A DNA stretch of 64,000 nt from Hormiphora californensis (lineage: Eukaryota > Animalia > Ctenophora), in NCBI GenBank assembly GCA_020137815.1, contig CM035357.1:1054001-1118000 (forward strand). Reading direction: 5' to 3'. The notes under the pieces are model-generated. The model ran no database searches, had not been told where the DNA came from, and saw nothing but the letters and a program-made list of their open reading frames with translations. The position numbers and the translations under genes were made by a program. Shown piece by piece: positions 33,750 to 56,352 of this stretch (positions are counted from its first letter, which is position 1; each line of letters starts with the position of its first letter).

Positions 33750-34640
33750 TTAAAAAACTGTCCACCCATCACCCCACCCCCCAATTATGGACTGGTCACT
33801 AGCCAGAATCTCCTTAACATGTCTCACACATTCCTCTGGAGTATCGAAAATGTCCATGCCGTGATGAAGGGCCATGTCTTGTAGGTAGGCCCGGCACCTC
33901 CGATAGTCCTTCTGTGCGGTGGGTGAGGGGGGTGCCCTGGTTCCATCCGCACAATAGTCCCTCATGATAAAACCCCCGTGATGCCCGACCTAACAGGGGA
34001 AAGCGGCCGGGATCATGCAGGGGTTGGGGTGTTCTCCCTCCGGGGGATGATCATAGATGAAATCCTCCTCCTGCTCTTTATGGAAATCGTAGAAGGGAAG
34101 GACATCAACTGGGGCATCACTCTCCCGCAGGAGGGTCTCAAAAGCCTCGATCTCACCCTTCTTCTTCTTGAAAGGCGTTGCCACTCCAGGCCGGTACGAT
34201 GATTTTCCCCCCGTTGGGTTTTTCTTTCCTTTCTCTGACGGAGGGGGCACTGGAGATTGCGTATAACTCGCTGTAGAACGCCAAAAGGATCCTTTGGGGA
34301 GGGGGGAGTTTTTTCCTTTCCCTAAACTTGTAGGCCGCCTCAACCTCGGGTGAAATTACAACCTCCGTAGGTCTGCTGCACACCCAAACACTGCTCATGT
34401 TCTTGATGGGCCCCCCTTGCTGCATATATCAAACAATCGATGGTTTTGGCCCGGAAAAAAGTACTTTAGAGCGTGATTTCCCCTCCCCCGGTTTTTGGCG
34501 TGACCTTGAATCCCCCGACCATTTATACAGAGCGAGAACGTGGGGGGGGCTGCGGTGGCGGATCTTGGTGCAACTGTGTAAATACGAGTTTTCTTTTTTC
34601 GTGCCTTTCCGTCAGCTTGTCTCCTCTTGATGCACTTCAC
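33750..34640 (-). CDS. raw/OLRN-1-like protein with nucleoside 2-deoxyribosyltransferase-like (NDT-like) domain; frameshifted in this assembly
   Basis: C-terminal KDYRRCRAYLQDMALHHGMDIFDTPEECVRHV resembles the raw-family motif KDYNRGRxYLxDxA..G..VF; upstream fragments run across frameshifts in a homopolymer-error zone; boundaries approximate. Confidence 0.55.
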
Positions 34641-34944
34641 TACTTTTTCAGTTTTTAGCTGTACTTTTACAGCACATTAAATGTTGCAATACGATTTAAG
34701 TGTCTCTGCTGCCGATTGAAGTGTCTCTGCTGGTAGAGGTTTTTTGCTTCCTAATCGACCATATCGATCTCCATTTTTTCCAGTCACTATCTTTTCCCCA
34801 CTATCTCTACGTCTCTCTTTTTTGTAGCTCACTCCTTTCAGTCTCTCTTTCTATCTCTCTCTCCTACTATCTCTTTTTCTCTCTCTTTCTTTCTCTCTCT
34901 CTCTCTCTCTCTCTCATTCTTTATCTCTCTCTCTCTCTCTCCTC

Positions 34945-34984
<40 letters not shown>

Positions 34985-35359
34985 TCTACATGATTGCATT
35001 TACATTATAATGCCGGAAAAAGGCTCGTTACTTAGGATTTTGCGTTGAGTGGCCATCTCTTTCCATCTTTTTAATCGACCAATTAGCTTTCTTCTGCTGA
35101 TGATCTGTTATTAGCCTATACTTGTTAAAGTCACTAGAAACCAATTGCTACTCATCTCAGAGAGATTTGTGTGTTTGTCAATGTGTGTGTTTTCTTTGTG
35201 TGAATTTGGTTTTTGTACGGGTGGCGCTGCTGACTGTATTTTGATCTCTGACTGACCTGATATACAGTGGGACCCCGATTTACCGGCACTGATTATTCTG
35301 ATATTAGATTTGTAATCCTCTCTGTAGATGACTAACAAGGTTTATCTTTTCCCCATTAG

Positions 35360-45330
<9,971 letters not shown>

Positions 45331-45519
45331 TCGCGGCAGACATCTCAAGACTCCCAGTCCCAGTGTGTGCGAACCGCCTTCTTCTCAATGTGTGTGTGTG
45401 TGTATCTCCCTGTATTGGCGATTAGATGTGTACCTGTAGAGAGAGTAATAGGGGATTTAATATATAATGAGAGAGATGCTAATTTAGATTGTTCATCATT
45501 TTCTCTCCGTGATATATAT

Positions 45520-45607
45520 CAGGAACCAATCAGAACTCGTTATTTAGGTCACGTGACTGGTTATCAACCAATCAGGGACCAGTATTTCCTGATTCGGTCG
45601 GTTCCTG
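45520..45607. mobile_element. hAT MITE copy, internally deleted
   Basis: TSD atatatat; further partial or corrupted copies at about 27412, 32885, 33495, 37279, 38697 and 40769. Confidence 0.85.
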
Positions 45608-46975
45608 ATATATATCTTGATTCCGATTTGTGTTAATATATCTCTAGTATAAAGTGTGTGGACTCTGTCTTTTTCCTTCGCACATTGTGTCTACGTTCTC
45701 CTCCCTTCTTCCTGCTCCCATAAAATATATTGGTTTTGGCGCCCTTTCTTTCCTATGATGATATATTTCGTGCGAAACATCCCTGCATGAGTTTGTAAAA
45801 TGGAAAATGAACTAACTCTTAGAGCTCACCTTACAGTAAAATAATGTGTCTTTTATCTTTGTCATGGGGGCGAGGAGAATCATTAATAATCCCTCGCCTT
45901 TAACCGAAAAGGGGGTCGAGCTAGCCAAAACAATCGGTGGTCAAACACGGTCCCCGCAGCGAAGGACAGTTGTGGTTAACATGATACCCGGGTTCTTTTT
46001 TGTAGTTGGTAAGTTGGTTAACCGTACCATGTGAGGACCGGTTACGATCGAAACGGTGTATATGTCGGCCATTTAAAATACACTGCACGTCGGTTTTCAG
46101 TGAAATGTATACTGTGTAGTGCTACCAGACGTATATATTAGTTGTGTATTATGCCAGACATTGCTACACACATATTATCCCGGAAATGGTCCCCTGCACA
46201 TTATTGGATGGTTGTGCGCGGCTCAACCCCTCCCTAAATTGTCGTGCGCGCGCCATAATAGGGGTCCTTTCCACGCGAGAGTGCTATCGCGCGTTACAAC
46301 ATATACCGTCTCTCTCAATACACTGTCTGAGAGAGAATTCCGCCTTCATATTTGAATATTCACTCACTCAGTTGACTGTCAGACGAGTGAGTGAGAGGCC
46401 AGGGGAGAGAGAGAGAGTGGGAGGCCAGGGAAGAAAGAATGAGAGCTGAGAGAGAGAGAGAGAGAAAGAGAGGAGAGATAATATTATACTGCTGGCAGTG
46501 AAAACTGCATGTCCATGAGAAACCAGACTAACCAAACAAAGAAACTTGAAACACAGACATTTTATTGCTGGCAAAATAAATTAGAAATTATTTCTTCATA
46601 ATCATGATAACATTCCTCTTTATAAAATCTCAACAATTAATATGTTCATTGTCCTTGCTCAAAATCCCGGGTGAACCTTGGTCAATATCATTTAGTGAAA
46701 CTCCTGATCACTGAACACTTGAAAAATTGTCTTTAAAGTCATTAGTCAGGAAGGTTCCTCCATCTATCTAATCAGGAATTATGTACAGCCACCTACCAGC
46801 CAGCTAGTGAATGTACAGGGTGGCACAGGGAGATTGTATCAAGGACAAGGAGGATGGTTTTTGTTGAGTAACTCCATCCCTTCTTCACCCTCAAAAACTC
46901 GGAGTAGTATTTCTGAAATGGAATATACCGTTAGAAATATAAAGATGGAAGTTGGTGTCACTTTTTGTATTGGTG

Positions 46976-48076
46976 TATTATACCAAAACTAATTGAAATT
47001 AGTAGGCCGGAAAGGTTGCCCTATGATTTGAGCTACCTTTGCCACCGTAACATTCACGGGGTAAAAACAGGGTATAACAGATGCTTCGTCTATCTTCAAA
47101 AGGAAATGTAGGTGCCAAAGGTAGCTCAAATCATAGGGCAACCTTTCCGGCCTACTAATTTCAATTAGTTTTGGTATAATTTGCATCATTTTTGGGATTT
47201 TTTATCCATTTAGATGTAGTATAACAAGTACGGAGAGGATGGAATCGCTAAGTTGAATTTTTTCATTTTTGACGTCATTTTGACGGCATAAAATGACTTC
47301 ACGGCGTCATGACGTCAAAATTTTGACGTCATATCATCGGGATTACCTAGATGAAGATACTGACCAAGTTTGAGATCGATTGGATAAGATTTGAGTCCGC
47401 TATGGCGAAAAAACCCATATCGTCATATCTATTTTTAAACAGTCATAACACTTTAGACGCGTTTTAAGACCCTTATACGTCTGGTTTTGAAAATTCGATA
47501 TATGGTTTCTGAAAGTTCAGACAATTCTCTTTCCATGATATAGTCTTCGTTTTTCGATTAGAATCCGTCTTCAGGCTGTAAATTGAGCTCAAAGAATTTT
47601 GGTCAGAGTCTGAAAAATGACGACTTTAAGACGTTCTGTAGGACGTTCCTGGCGATGAAAAGGGACGCCACCTCGACTAATGCACACACATCCAGTAGAT
47701 CTACCAGCTGTGAAAACGAAAAGTTTCTATCTCTTTTCGTTTGGCGTGAATATGGTTTATAAAAAGCGTCTCTCCTACGTGCGCGTATGCGCGCGCGTGC
47801 ATATGTGTTACACTGAATCTAGGGCAAATGGGACCTGTCTGTAACTTCAGTTCCAGATGAGATAGAGACTTGAAATTTTGAACTTAAGTTAATGACCTCG
47901 AGCCGGGTATACATTCCAATTTTCAAGTCAAACGGATGAATGGGAGCCACGCTATAGCCTTCTGAAATCTGGGTTTTCAGTCAAAACACCCATAAAACGT
48001 ATAACTGCGTTTCTGGCGGCGCTTTGCTGTTTGGGGGAGGGGGAATGGCAACCTTTGCGCTTGCCAGCGCAGTGAT
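46976..48076. mobile_element. ~1.1-kb non-autonomous element (Helentron/DINE-like) with a terminal ~200-bp palindrome and a hairpin at the other end
   Basis: Palindrome 46976-47180; hairpin TGCGC-TTGCCA-GCGCA-GTGAT at the far end; inverted diverged copy at 61660-62750. Confidence 0.7.
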
Positions 48077-48109
48077 TTATCTAAAACACAATAGGACAAT
48101 ACGGAATAG

Positions 48110-51100
48110 GTAAAGGACTATGGGACATTTCTTACCATTTGATTTATAGGAAGATTTTCTAGATCCAAGTTTTTCAGTTACTGGACCCACCAATCACCCC
48201 TGCAGTAGCTATGATTCGTAATCAGTCAACCTCTTTCATAGCTACCCTTGTGAACACCAACAACTATTCGTTGTCCTCATTGCCTCCACTTTACAGACTT
48301 TTCCATCACCGGTGATGATAACCACCCCACCGTTAACCACCGCACCACAAGGCACAACTCAGGTCACGAGCCATACCTTCCCGGTCCCAAGACCCTCTGA
48401 TCACCGACCAACCGGTTCCAAACACCAGGGAGATAAACACTGCGCTGGAAAACCTAACTATCCCGCACAATACCAGAGGATACCACATGAACTTCTCACT
48501 CCCGGAAAGGGCGCCTCATACCGACATAGAGTTTAGCCCCAGAAAACTTTGGGATGCCCGAACCCAATTTTTTGATTGTGCTACCCTCCAACAACAGCAC
48601 CACGAAATTATGATCGGATTAACTATAATCTGTGGAGAGGAAAATGCGCAGAAGACAGAAAACGTGGCGGAGGCGTTGATCATGATGAAACGTTTTGCCT
48701 CCGCACTGAACTCCTGACTAGGCAAACCTGCTACAGGGTTTCCGACCTGGAAGGTATCCACTTCCGGCGCACGGCACCGGCCGACAGGATGACCCGCAAA
48801 AATGCGGTCCAGCTTTTCCTCAAATGCAGAGGCTTCGAGACTTCTAAAAGAATAGGAGTAATATTAAACGCACTTGACAGAGGAGCTCTTGGCAACATAA
48901 CCATAAAGGAGGAGAAAACGATGCAGCAAATGCAACGAATCTCGACACAGATATCCCTAATCCCAATACCTGTGGTTTATCTTGAATCTTGCGAGGAATT
49001 AAAAATTTCAATATAAAATTTGAGCACTTTCAAACAAATGAGTTTTAAAATACTAAATGAACAAAATAAAACAATCACATACACACACATAACCTGATCA
49101 CAATGTGTCAACCAACACCTTGGCTTGGAGTGACATAAATATTTGTACCCACAAAGAACACTGTGGTATTTCTTACCATTTGATTTATAGGAAGATTTTC
49201 TGGACCCAAGTTTTTCAATCACGGGACCCACCCGCCACCGATCACCCCTGTAGCTATGAGTCGTAATAAGTCGACCTCTTTCATAACTACCCTTATAAAC
49301 ACCACCTCAACAACTATTCGTTTGACCTCATTACCTCCCCTTTACAGTCAGTTCCATCGCCGGCAACTCTACAACTCAGGTCACGAGTAACACCAATAAC
49401 AAGGAAAACCAGCGGCCATCTGAAGCAAGATGTACAAAAAGACGGGCTGAGGATATATACACCGAGGCAGAGAAAAGACAAAAGACCCGGGAGGAAGCTC
49501 AGAAGTAAGTGAACATTTATTAGTATAGATCTAACTAGATAGAATGAAATATGGAAGGAATACAGAATTGAATGTAACTGTACACTCACCGATATAAAAC
49601 CCCCCCCCCCCCCCCCCCCATGACATTGAAGGGATTCAAGCGAAAACGGCAAGAAACGGAACAGTTCCCGGCATCGAGAAAACCAAGGATGCTGTCCGCA
49701 TGTTCATAAAAACAAGAGGTCTCGAAACGACGAGACAGGTTGAGGTGATCTTACACCTCTTTGACGAGGGGGCTCGGGGCAACGAGTTGGTGACCACAGA
49801 GGACTGCCTGGAAGTGCTGAAGAGGATTTCGACGAAACTCTGTGAACCACTGTTCCTGCTGTTGAATTTACATTTATAAAAGTAAATGCACGTGCAGAAT
49901 TGAATTTCCCCTTGGTACCCAACTGCAACCGGGAGAGATCTCTCCAGGTCGCTCTAATAATTGCACGTGCAAGTGTAGTTGCTAGGTGATCTCTGTCACA
50001 CAATTTGCTTAGTAAGTAGTATGATTCTAGATTTATTATGTTCTGCAAATTATTTACACGTTGTTATCGGAATATACAAAAACAGTATCTGTCAAACACA
50101 CGCATCCATATAGATAGGGGATGAAAATCATATCTACGAAATTACAACTAACATCAACAAACATGATCAGGTTTTGCACGATCTCTCGAAAAACATTAAT
50201 TGTCGTACAAACACGTAAATTTTCATTCAGGTAATTGCACAAGCAATTATGCACAAGGGACCAGTACAAATAATACAGGTACTAACTTTGAAGACACGCT
50301 AACGGTGTGCGAGAGATTCTCAAAAAAGATTGAGGAGCTGACAAGGAAAACCTGCTATGGAATCAACGATCTAGTGATGAGCATACCTTTACACGAATCG
50401 GCACGGCACATGGACCGAATAGAAAGGAAAAATACCATACAGATGTATGTGAAATCCCGAGGAATGGAGGTACCGAGAAGAATCAAGAATTTCCTCCACA
50501 TTGTGGACCGAGGAGCGTTGGGGAACCTCCACCTCACAGACGAGGCAACGATGACCTTGATGAAGAGGAGCAGCGCAAACATATCATCGTCGTGTTGGTA
50601 TCTTTTGAATATCGACAAAGATAACTAAGGTACGTACATATATACCTCAAACATAGTTAAGGTAGTAAGAAAATATCACTACTCTAGACCACTACAACCC
50701 ATGGGGTTAAAGAACATAATAAAGATTAAAGGTAATTTTATATTCCATTTTAGGCATATAAAATGACCTTTTTCTAATGTAGGGGGATAAGTTATACTGA
50801 TATCTCTTGAAAATTCATTATTAGGTCATCCACCCAGAAACATCACTGGGATACATCATCTAAATCGAATACCATTCTTCATAATATTTCCTTGACGTAA
50901 ATCATTAATCAGAAGGATCGTCCGAGTCGTCAAAAATGTTTACAAACTTCCCTATCAGAAAATACCGGGAGTGACGCACGATCGGCGGAGTATATAAGGA
51001 GACCCAGGCAGAGAGCGAGGTACCCCCTTTACCACCAACAACTCCTTCGCACACCGACAGCTGCAGGAGCCCTCCGTACCGACCAGCATTCTCTTCACCC

Positions 51101-52830
51101 CAGAGACTGAGAGACTGTTTCGTGTGTAGCATCAACATATACCCGTTTTAGTTTGACACATTATATCCGCTGTTCTGAAAACTACAAATAAACCTAAAAT
51201 ATTACAGGGGAAGTAATTTTGATATCTCCTTCTGGTGATCAACACACACACACGCCCTCCGTACAACGGTTATATAGGGGAATCTCACACACACACGGGC
51301 AGATCTCGGTCAAGGAGAGATTAATTGATTATTCAGAATAAAGAGATCTGAGCAAGAATTAAATAGGGAAGAAAATCGAAAAATACTGGGTTCGACCGGG
51401 AATTGAACCAGGGACCCCCAGAGAGACGCGCTCGATGCTCTACCACTGAGCTACCGAACCCCTTCGGTAGCTCAGTGGTAGAGCATCGAGCGTGTCTCTC
51501 TGGGGGTCCCTGGTTCAATTCCCGGTCGAACCCAGTATTTTTCGATTTTCTTCCCTATTTAATTCTTGCTCAGATCTCTTTATTCTGAATAAAATATTAC
51601 ATCACCCTTCATACCACCCACTTTACATTTAACAATAATAATACATTTATGACCTCATGGCCATCTCAAGAATACTTAACACGACTGCACTCGACGCCAT
51701 TGCGGCTCATACTATAATTTTCAAAATAAAAAGTCCTACTATTAAATGGAATATGGGTGGACATTTCTTACCATTTGATTTATAGGAAGATTTTCTGGAC
51801 CCAAGTTTTTCAGTTACTGGACCCACCGGTCACCCCTGTAGTAGCTATGAGTCATAATCAGTCAACCTCTTTCATAACTACCCTTGTGAACACCAACAAC
51901 TATTCGTTTGACCTCATTACCTCCCCTTTACATTCAGTTCCATCACCGGTAATGATCGCCACCCCATCGGTAACCACCGCACCACAAGGCACAACTCAGG
52001 TCACGAGCCATGCCTTCCCGGCCCCAAGACCCTCTGATCACCGACCCACCGGTTTCAAACACCAGGGAGATAAACACTGCGCTGGAAAACCTAACTATCC
52101 CGCACAACACTAGAGGATACCACATGAACTTTGCACTCCCGGAAAGGGCGCCTCATACTGACAGGCGACATAGAGTTTAGCCCCAGAAAACTATGGGATG
52201 CCAGAACCCAAGTTTTTGATTGTGCTACCCTTCAACAACAGGTGCACCATGAAATCTTGATCGGATTGACGATTATCTGCGAAGAGGAAAACTCGCAGAA
52301 AACACAGAACGTAGCGGAGGCATTGATCATGATGAAACGTTTTGCCCTCCGCACTGAACTCCTGACTAGGAAAACCTGCTACAGGATTGCCGACCTGGAA
52401 GAAATAGGTAAAGAACACTGTGGCATTTCTTACCATTCGATTTATAGGAAGATTTATAGGCTGATTTATAATACGTAGGGACGAATGTCGTATAATACCT
52501 TGCCGTCTTGAGTTCAAGGAAACCATCATACGACCTCCAACCTTGGGACTGGTACATTCACCAATCACGCGCCGCGCCACGCAAGCAACACTTTAACATC
52601 CACGTCCAGCGCCTCAAAGAATGAATTGCAGAACAGTTGAGAGAGGAGTATGAAAACATAGCCCGCAAGGAGAACATGCAGCAAGTTTACAACTTTGAGG
52701 ACACCCTGACAGTGTGCGAAAGCTTCTCAAAGAAGATCGAGGAATTACTAAGAAAAACCTGTTACAACATCAACGACCTGGTGATGAGCATCCCATTCCA
52801 GTCGTCGGCACGTCACATGGACCCTGGAGA
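48110..52830 (+). pseudogene. Cluster of decayed paralogous ORF/exon fragments of an unrecognised protein family
   Basis: DNA duplications at 48123, 49165, 51759, 52420 and 50280/52690; shared motif KxRG[FLM]E..D[RE]GA[LR]GN in 48700-49016, 49622-49879 and 50279-50628; stops and frameshifts. Confidence 0.6.
51329..51592. mobile_element. 264-bp palindrome made of two head-to-head tRNA-derived (SINE-like) units
   Basis: Near-perfect ~130-bp arms, each with A box TAGCTCAGTGG, B box GGTTCAATTCC and a T5 run. Confidence 0.85.
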
Positions 52831-53901
52831 ATTTGGAATGTATACCCTGCTCATTGTTATCACTCGCAAAAAAATATACTCCATAGATACTGTCAGAGAA
52901 GACGGAGAAGACGCGGAAAAAAATAAGATACTGTCAAAATGCTATAAAGGAATACGAGGGAAGGTAAACGCCCATACGAACATTGTTTCTCAGACCCTGT
53001 TCTAGTGAGTACTTGGCTGAAGGCGATGTCGAAAAAAGATATGACACAGATAAACACCCTCGCGGGTAAGTAATGTTTCATTAAATATATTAACCCCCAC
53101 ATCTCTTGCTTTCCTGTTTTGTCCTCACTCGACAGGGGGGGAGGTGACATGTAACACTTGGAGGAGGCGAAGAGAAAGGCCCCCGAGCAGTGGAACGTCG
53201 GCACTTATAAGATAATAGGAGTAGAATTTGTCAACGTCCCAACGGAGGCTGAAGCAATGATAACTGATGACAGAACGCCCGTACGAAGAGGAACATTCCA
53301 TCAAACACTTTATTTTTTACATCTTTTTATACAATATACACCCTTCACGCAGTTGGAGGACCCAGCTCAATAATGGAGAGGGGACATTACCTAGGAACTC
53401 CCAGAGGACTGGGGATGAGGTATAACAGAAGATACCAGGACGAAAACCGTCCTTACCGGCTGGACAAAACTTCTAAATCTGACAAAACAGACACTGAATC
53501 TCTAACTCTCATAGTGTGCCAGGAAACCTGGGCATGTTGCGTCAAACTGTTTAAAAAAGAATAATAACGCCAGAAACGACTCAAAAGGTGGTAACAGAGG
53601 TGGACAGAGTATAAATGCTTAAAGATATATTGTTTAGTCTAAAGATTTCGTATTTATGGTTGGCTAAAAAATATCACCGTAGATATCGCAAAGGGCATCA
53701 CGAGAATTTCTCATCGAGAAAAAGAAGAATCATGAATTCCAAATATAATACATGTGTTACTTACTTTTGTTAGTTTTGGAGGCTTCGTAGGATACCCGGC
53801 TGACCGGGAGAACATGATAAGGACCCAGGAGATGAGACAACTGGAACTAATAGAGTATCACCTCAACGATGTTGAGGAATAAGGATGACGTGCGCACGTC
53901 G

Positions 53902-54118
53902 TGTAGCTTCCTTTTGTAGGAGCGCCCTGCTGGCTTCTTTCAGGCCTGGTCTTGTTGGATAGGCTATCAGGGACTTTATTACCCTCGTGCCAAATCGTAT
54001 CCGATTTCTGGCACGAGAATCTGACGTCAGGTCGAGGGTAATAAAGTCCTTGATAGCCTATCCAACAAGGCCAGGCCTGAAAGAAGCCAGCAGGGCGCTC
54101 CTACAAAAGGAGGCTACA
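53902..54118. repeat. Local fold-back inverted duplication (~85-bp arms) of ORF-like sequence
   Basis: tgtagcttccttttgtaggagcgccc..accctcg / cgagggt..gggcgctcctacaaaaggaggctaca, with a small hairpin in the spacer. Confidence 0.85.
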
Positions 54119-55524
54119 GGACTTCGCCAGGAAATTGAGCTGGGAGATGGCTCCAGTATAATCAACACCGGACAGAGCATCCTCAACACCATCTGGGAAT
54201 GGGCATACCAGGTGGATTTCCCCCACAAGCAGGTTACAGAAGACCCTTCCCTGGAGGGCACGTATCTAGCAAACCGAGAGCGGCCACATACTGGAAACCA
54301 CTACAGGCAAGCGTCCCTATCGCTCCCAGAACGGTGAACGTGACGTGTCCGCTGAGTAGACTATCCGGTCTCGTCGCGTAAATTATCCTTAGGGTAGTAC
54401 CCTATCCTGTATAACAATAAAGCAAAATTAAATGTTATCTTTAATAAAAAACAAACCCTATAAATATAATTGATAATTCGAGTACATGGACGCTGCAGGT
54501 TTCCCCACAGGAGGAAGACACTCTGTTATCTTCACAAACGGTACGGATCATTACCACAGCAGAGGCTGCTTGTCAGTCTTATCCCGCTGATCGAGAAAAT
54601 ATGGTGAGAACTTTCGAAATGCGGATGTACCTGGAGCTCATACCACTTGGAGATTATTATAAAACAGGATGATGTCCCCAACCGTCTAAAGTATTTAGCG
54701 GTAGAGGAACTTGACGAAGGAGAAAGAGATCGAGAGATTGAAAGCACGAATAGCCTTCCTGGAAGTGAGTTGGCATGGTTGGTTTGCTGTTGTTTCTTCT
54801 CTCTGTGCGCCGTGTGAATAAGAGACCCAAGTGATGAGGAAGATGGCCCGAAGATGACTTACAAGAAATAAGTTATTTCTAAATATCTTCTACTTCAATG
54901 AGATACTGTGTTTTTACTAACTAACTAAGAACAGATCAGCGCTCCCCTCTTTCCCTTTCCTTAATCTCTTGTTTACTAAGGAGAGCGCCTCAACTCATTG
55001 TAATGCATATTTGTTTGCGAAAGAGAACAGTGTTGTGAGCTGTCCACAACATGAAAAGAAGATCGATGTCCGAAAGGCCTGAGGGCGATTTAAAGAGAGA
55101 GAAAACGGAACCAATCAAACAGGCCAAGTAAAGGCAAAACGTGGGAAGAAAACGACGAGGAAGCCCGAAGATGCCGAGGCTGGACCGAGTGGGATCTCCT
55201 GCAGTAGCCTTGGTGTCTCCTCCGACCACGGGGACAGTGCCGTCATGGAGGGGATTTGGCAGGTGAGTAGAACTTCGCTCCTAATAAAAGGCTGCAATAA
55301 AAGGCTGCAGAAAAAGGCTGCAATAAAAGGCTGCAATAAAAGGCTGCAATAAAAGGCTGCAATAAAAGGCTGCAGAAAAAGGCTGCAATAAAAGGCTGCA
55401 ATAAAAGGCTGCAAGGGATCACGTATCTAACCAGACTAAAGCGGGGAATAGACCGAATCGTCCTACCCTAATAGTGTTTCGTATCACGTATCGGCTGTAG
55501 AGAGACCGAATCACCCTCCCCTAA

Positions 55525-55801
55525 GGGTCACCACACACCAAAGTTAAAATTAAAATTAAAATTTTAATTTTAACGCCGCACACACCAGCGGCCGTTAAAA
55601 TTTCTCTCCCCCATTCTAAAAGTAACAATCTCGTGCGTGATTTTAACGGCGTGTTAAAATTTTATCATCCAACGCGACCGTTAAAATCATGCGTGAGATT
55701 GTTACTTTTAGAATGGGGAGAGAAATTTTAACGGCCGCTGGTGTGTGTGGGTTTAAAATCAAAATTTTAATTTTAATTTTAACTTCGGTGTGTGGTGACC
55801 C
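55525..55801. mobile_element. PIF/Harbinger (Tourist-like) MITE, TSD TAA
   Basis: GGGTCACCACACACC TIR; the empty site in the opposite arm confirms the 3-bp TSD. Confidence 0.9.
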
Positions 55802-55966
55802 TAATTATAGTGATTCGTGTCACATATCCAACTAGACCATATATGATAGAGACCGAGATAGAGAGCGAGTACGAGTGAGAACTGAGAGAGTGAAAAATCA
55901 GAATCACGGTATGGTATCACGTACCATGGTATCCTCTAATGAAAAGCGGTTACCAATTGACAATGA

Positions 55967-56352
55967 GGGTCACCACACACCAAAGTTAAAATTAAAATTA
56001 AAATTTGACCTTTTTGGTCATAACTCTGCCATTTCTTGGCAAAATTGCTTCATTTTGGGCTTGTTGGAAAGAGGGCATCGAGCCCGTTCTGAACAGCCCA
56101 AGAAACTTGAAATCGGCGCAAAGTGCGCGGCGTTAAGGCGCATAATGCGCGCGTTAAAATTTTAACATACACATTTTGCACTGTAACGCCGCGCACTTTG
56201 CGCCGATTTCAAGTTTCTTGGGCTGTTCAGAACGGGCTCGATGCCCTCTTTCCAACAAGCCCAAAATGAAGCAATTTTGCCAAGAAATGGCAGAGTTATG
56301 ACCAAAAACGTCAAATTTTAATTTTAATTTTAACTTTGGTGTGTGGTGACCC
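55967..56352. mobile_element. PIF/Harbinger foldback MITE, TSD TGA
   Basis: Same TIR, different palindromic interior; empty site in the opposite arm. Confidence 0.9.
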
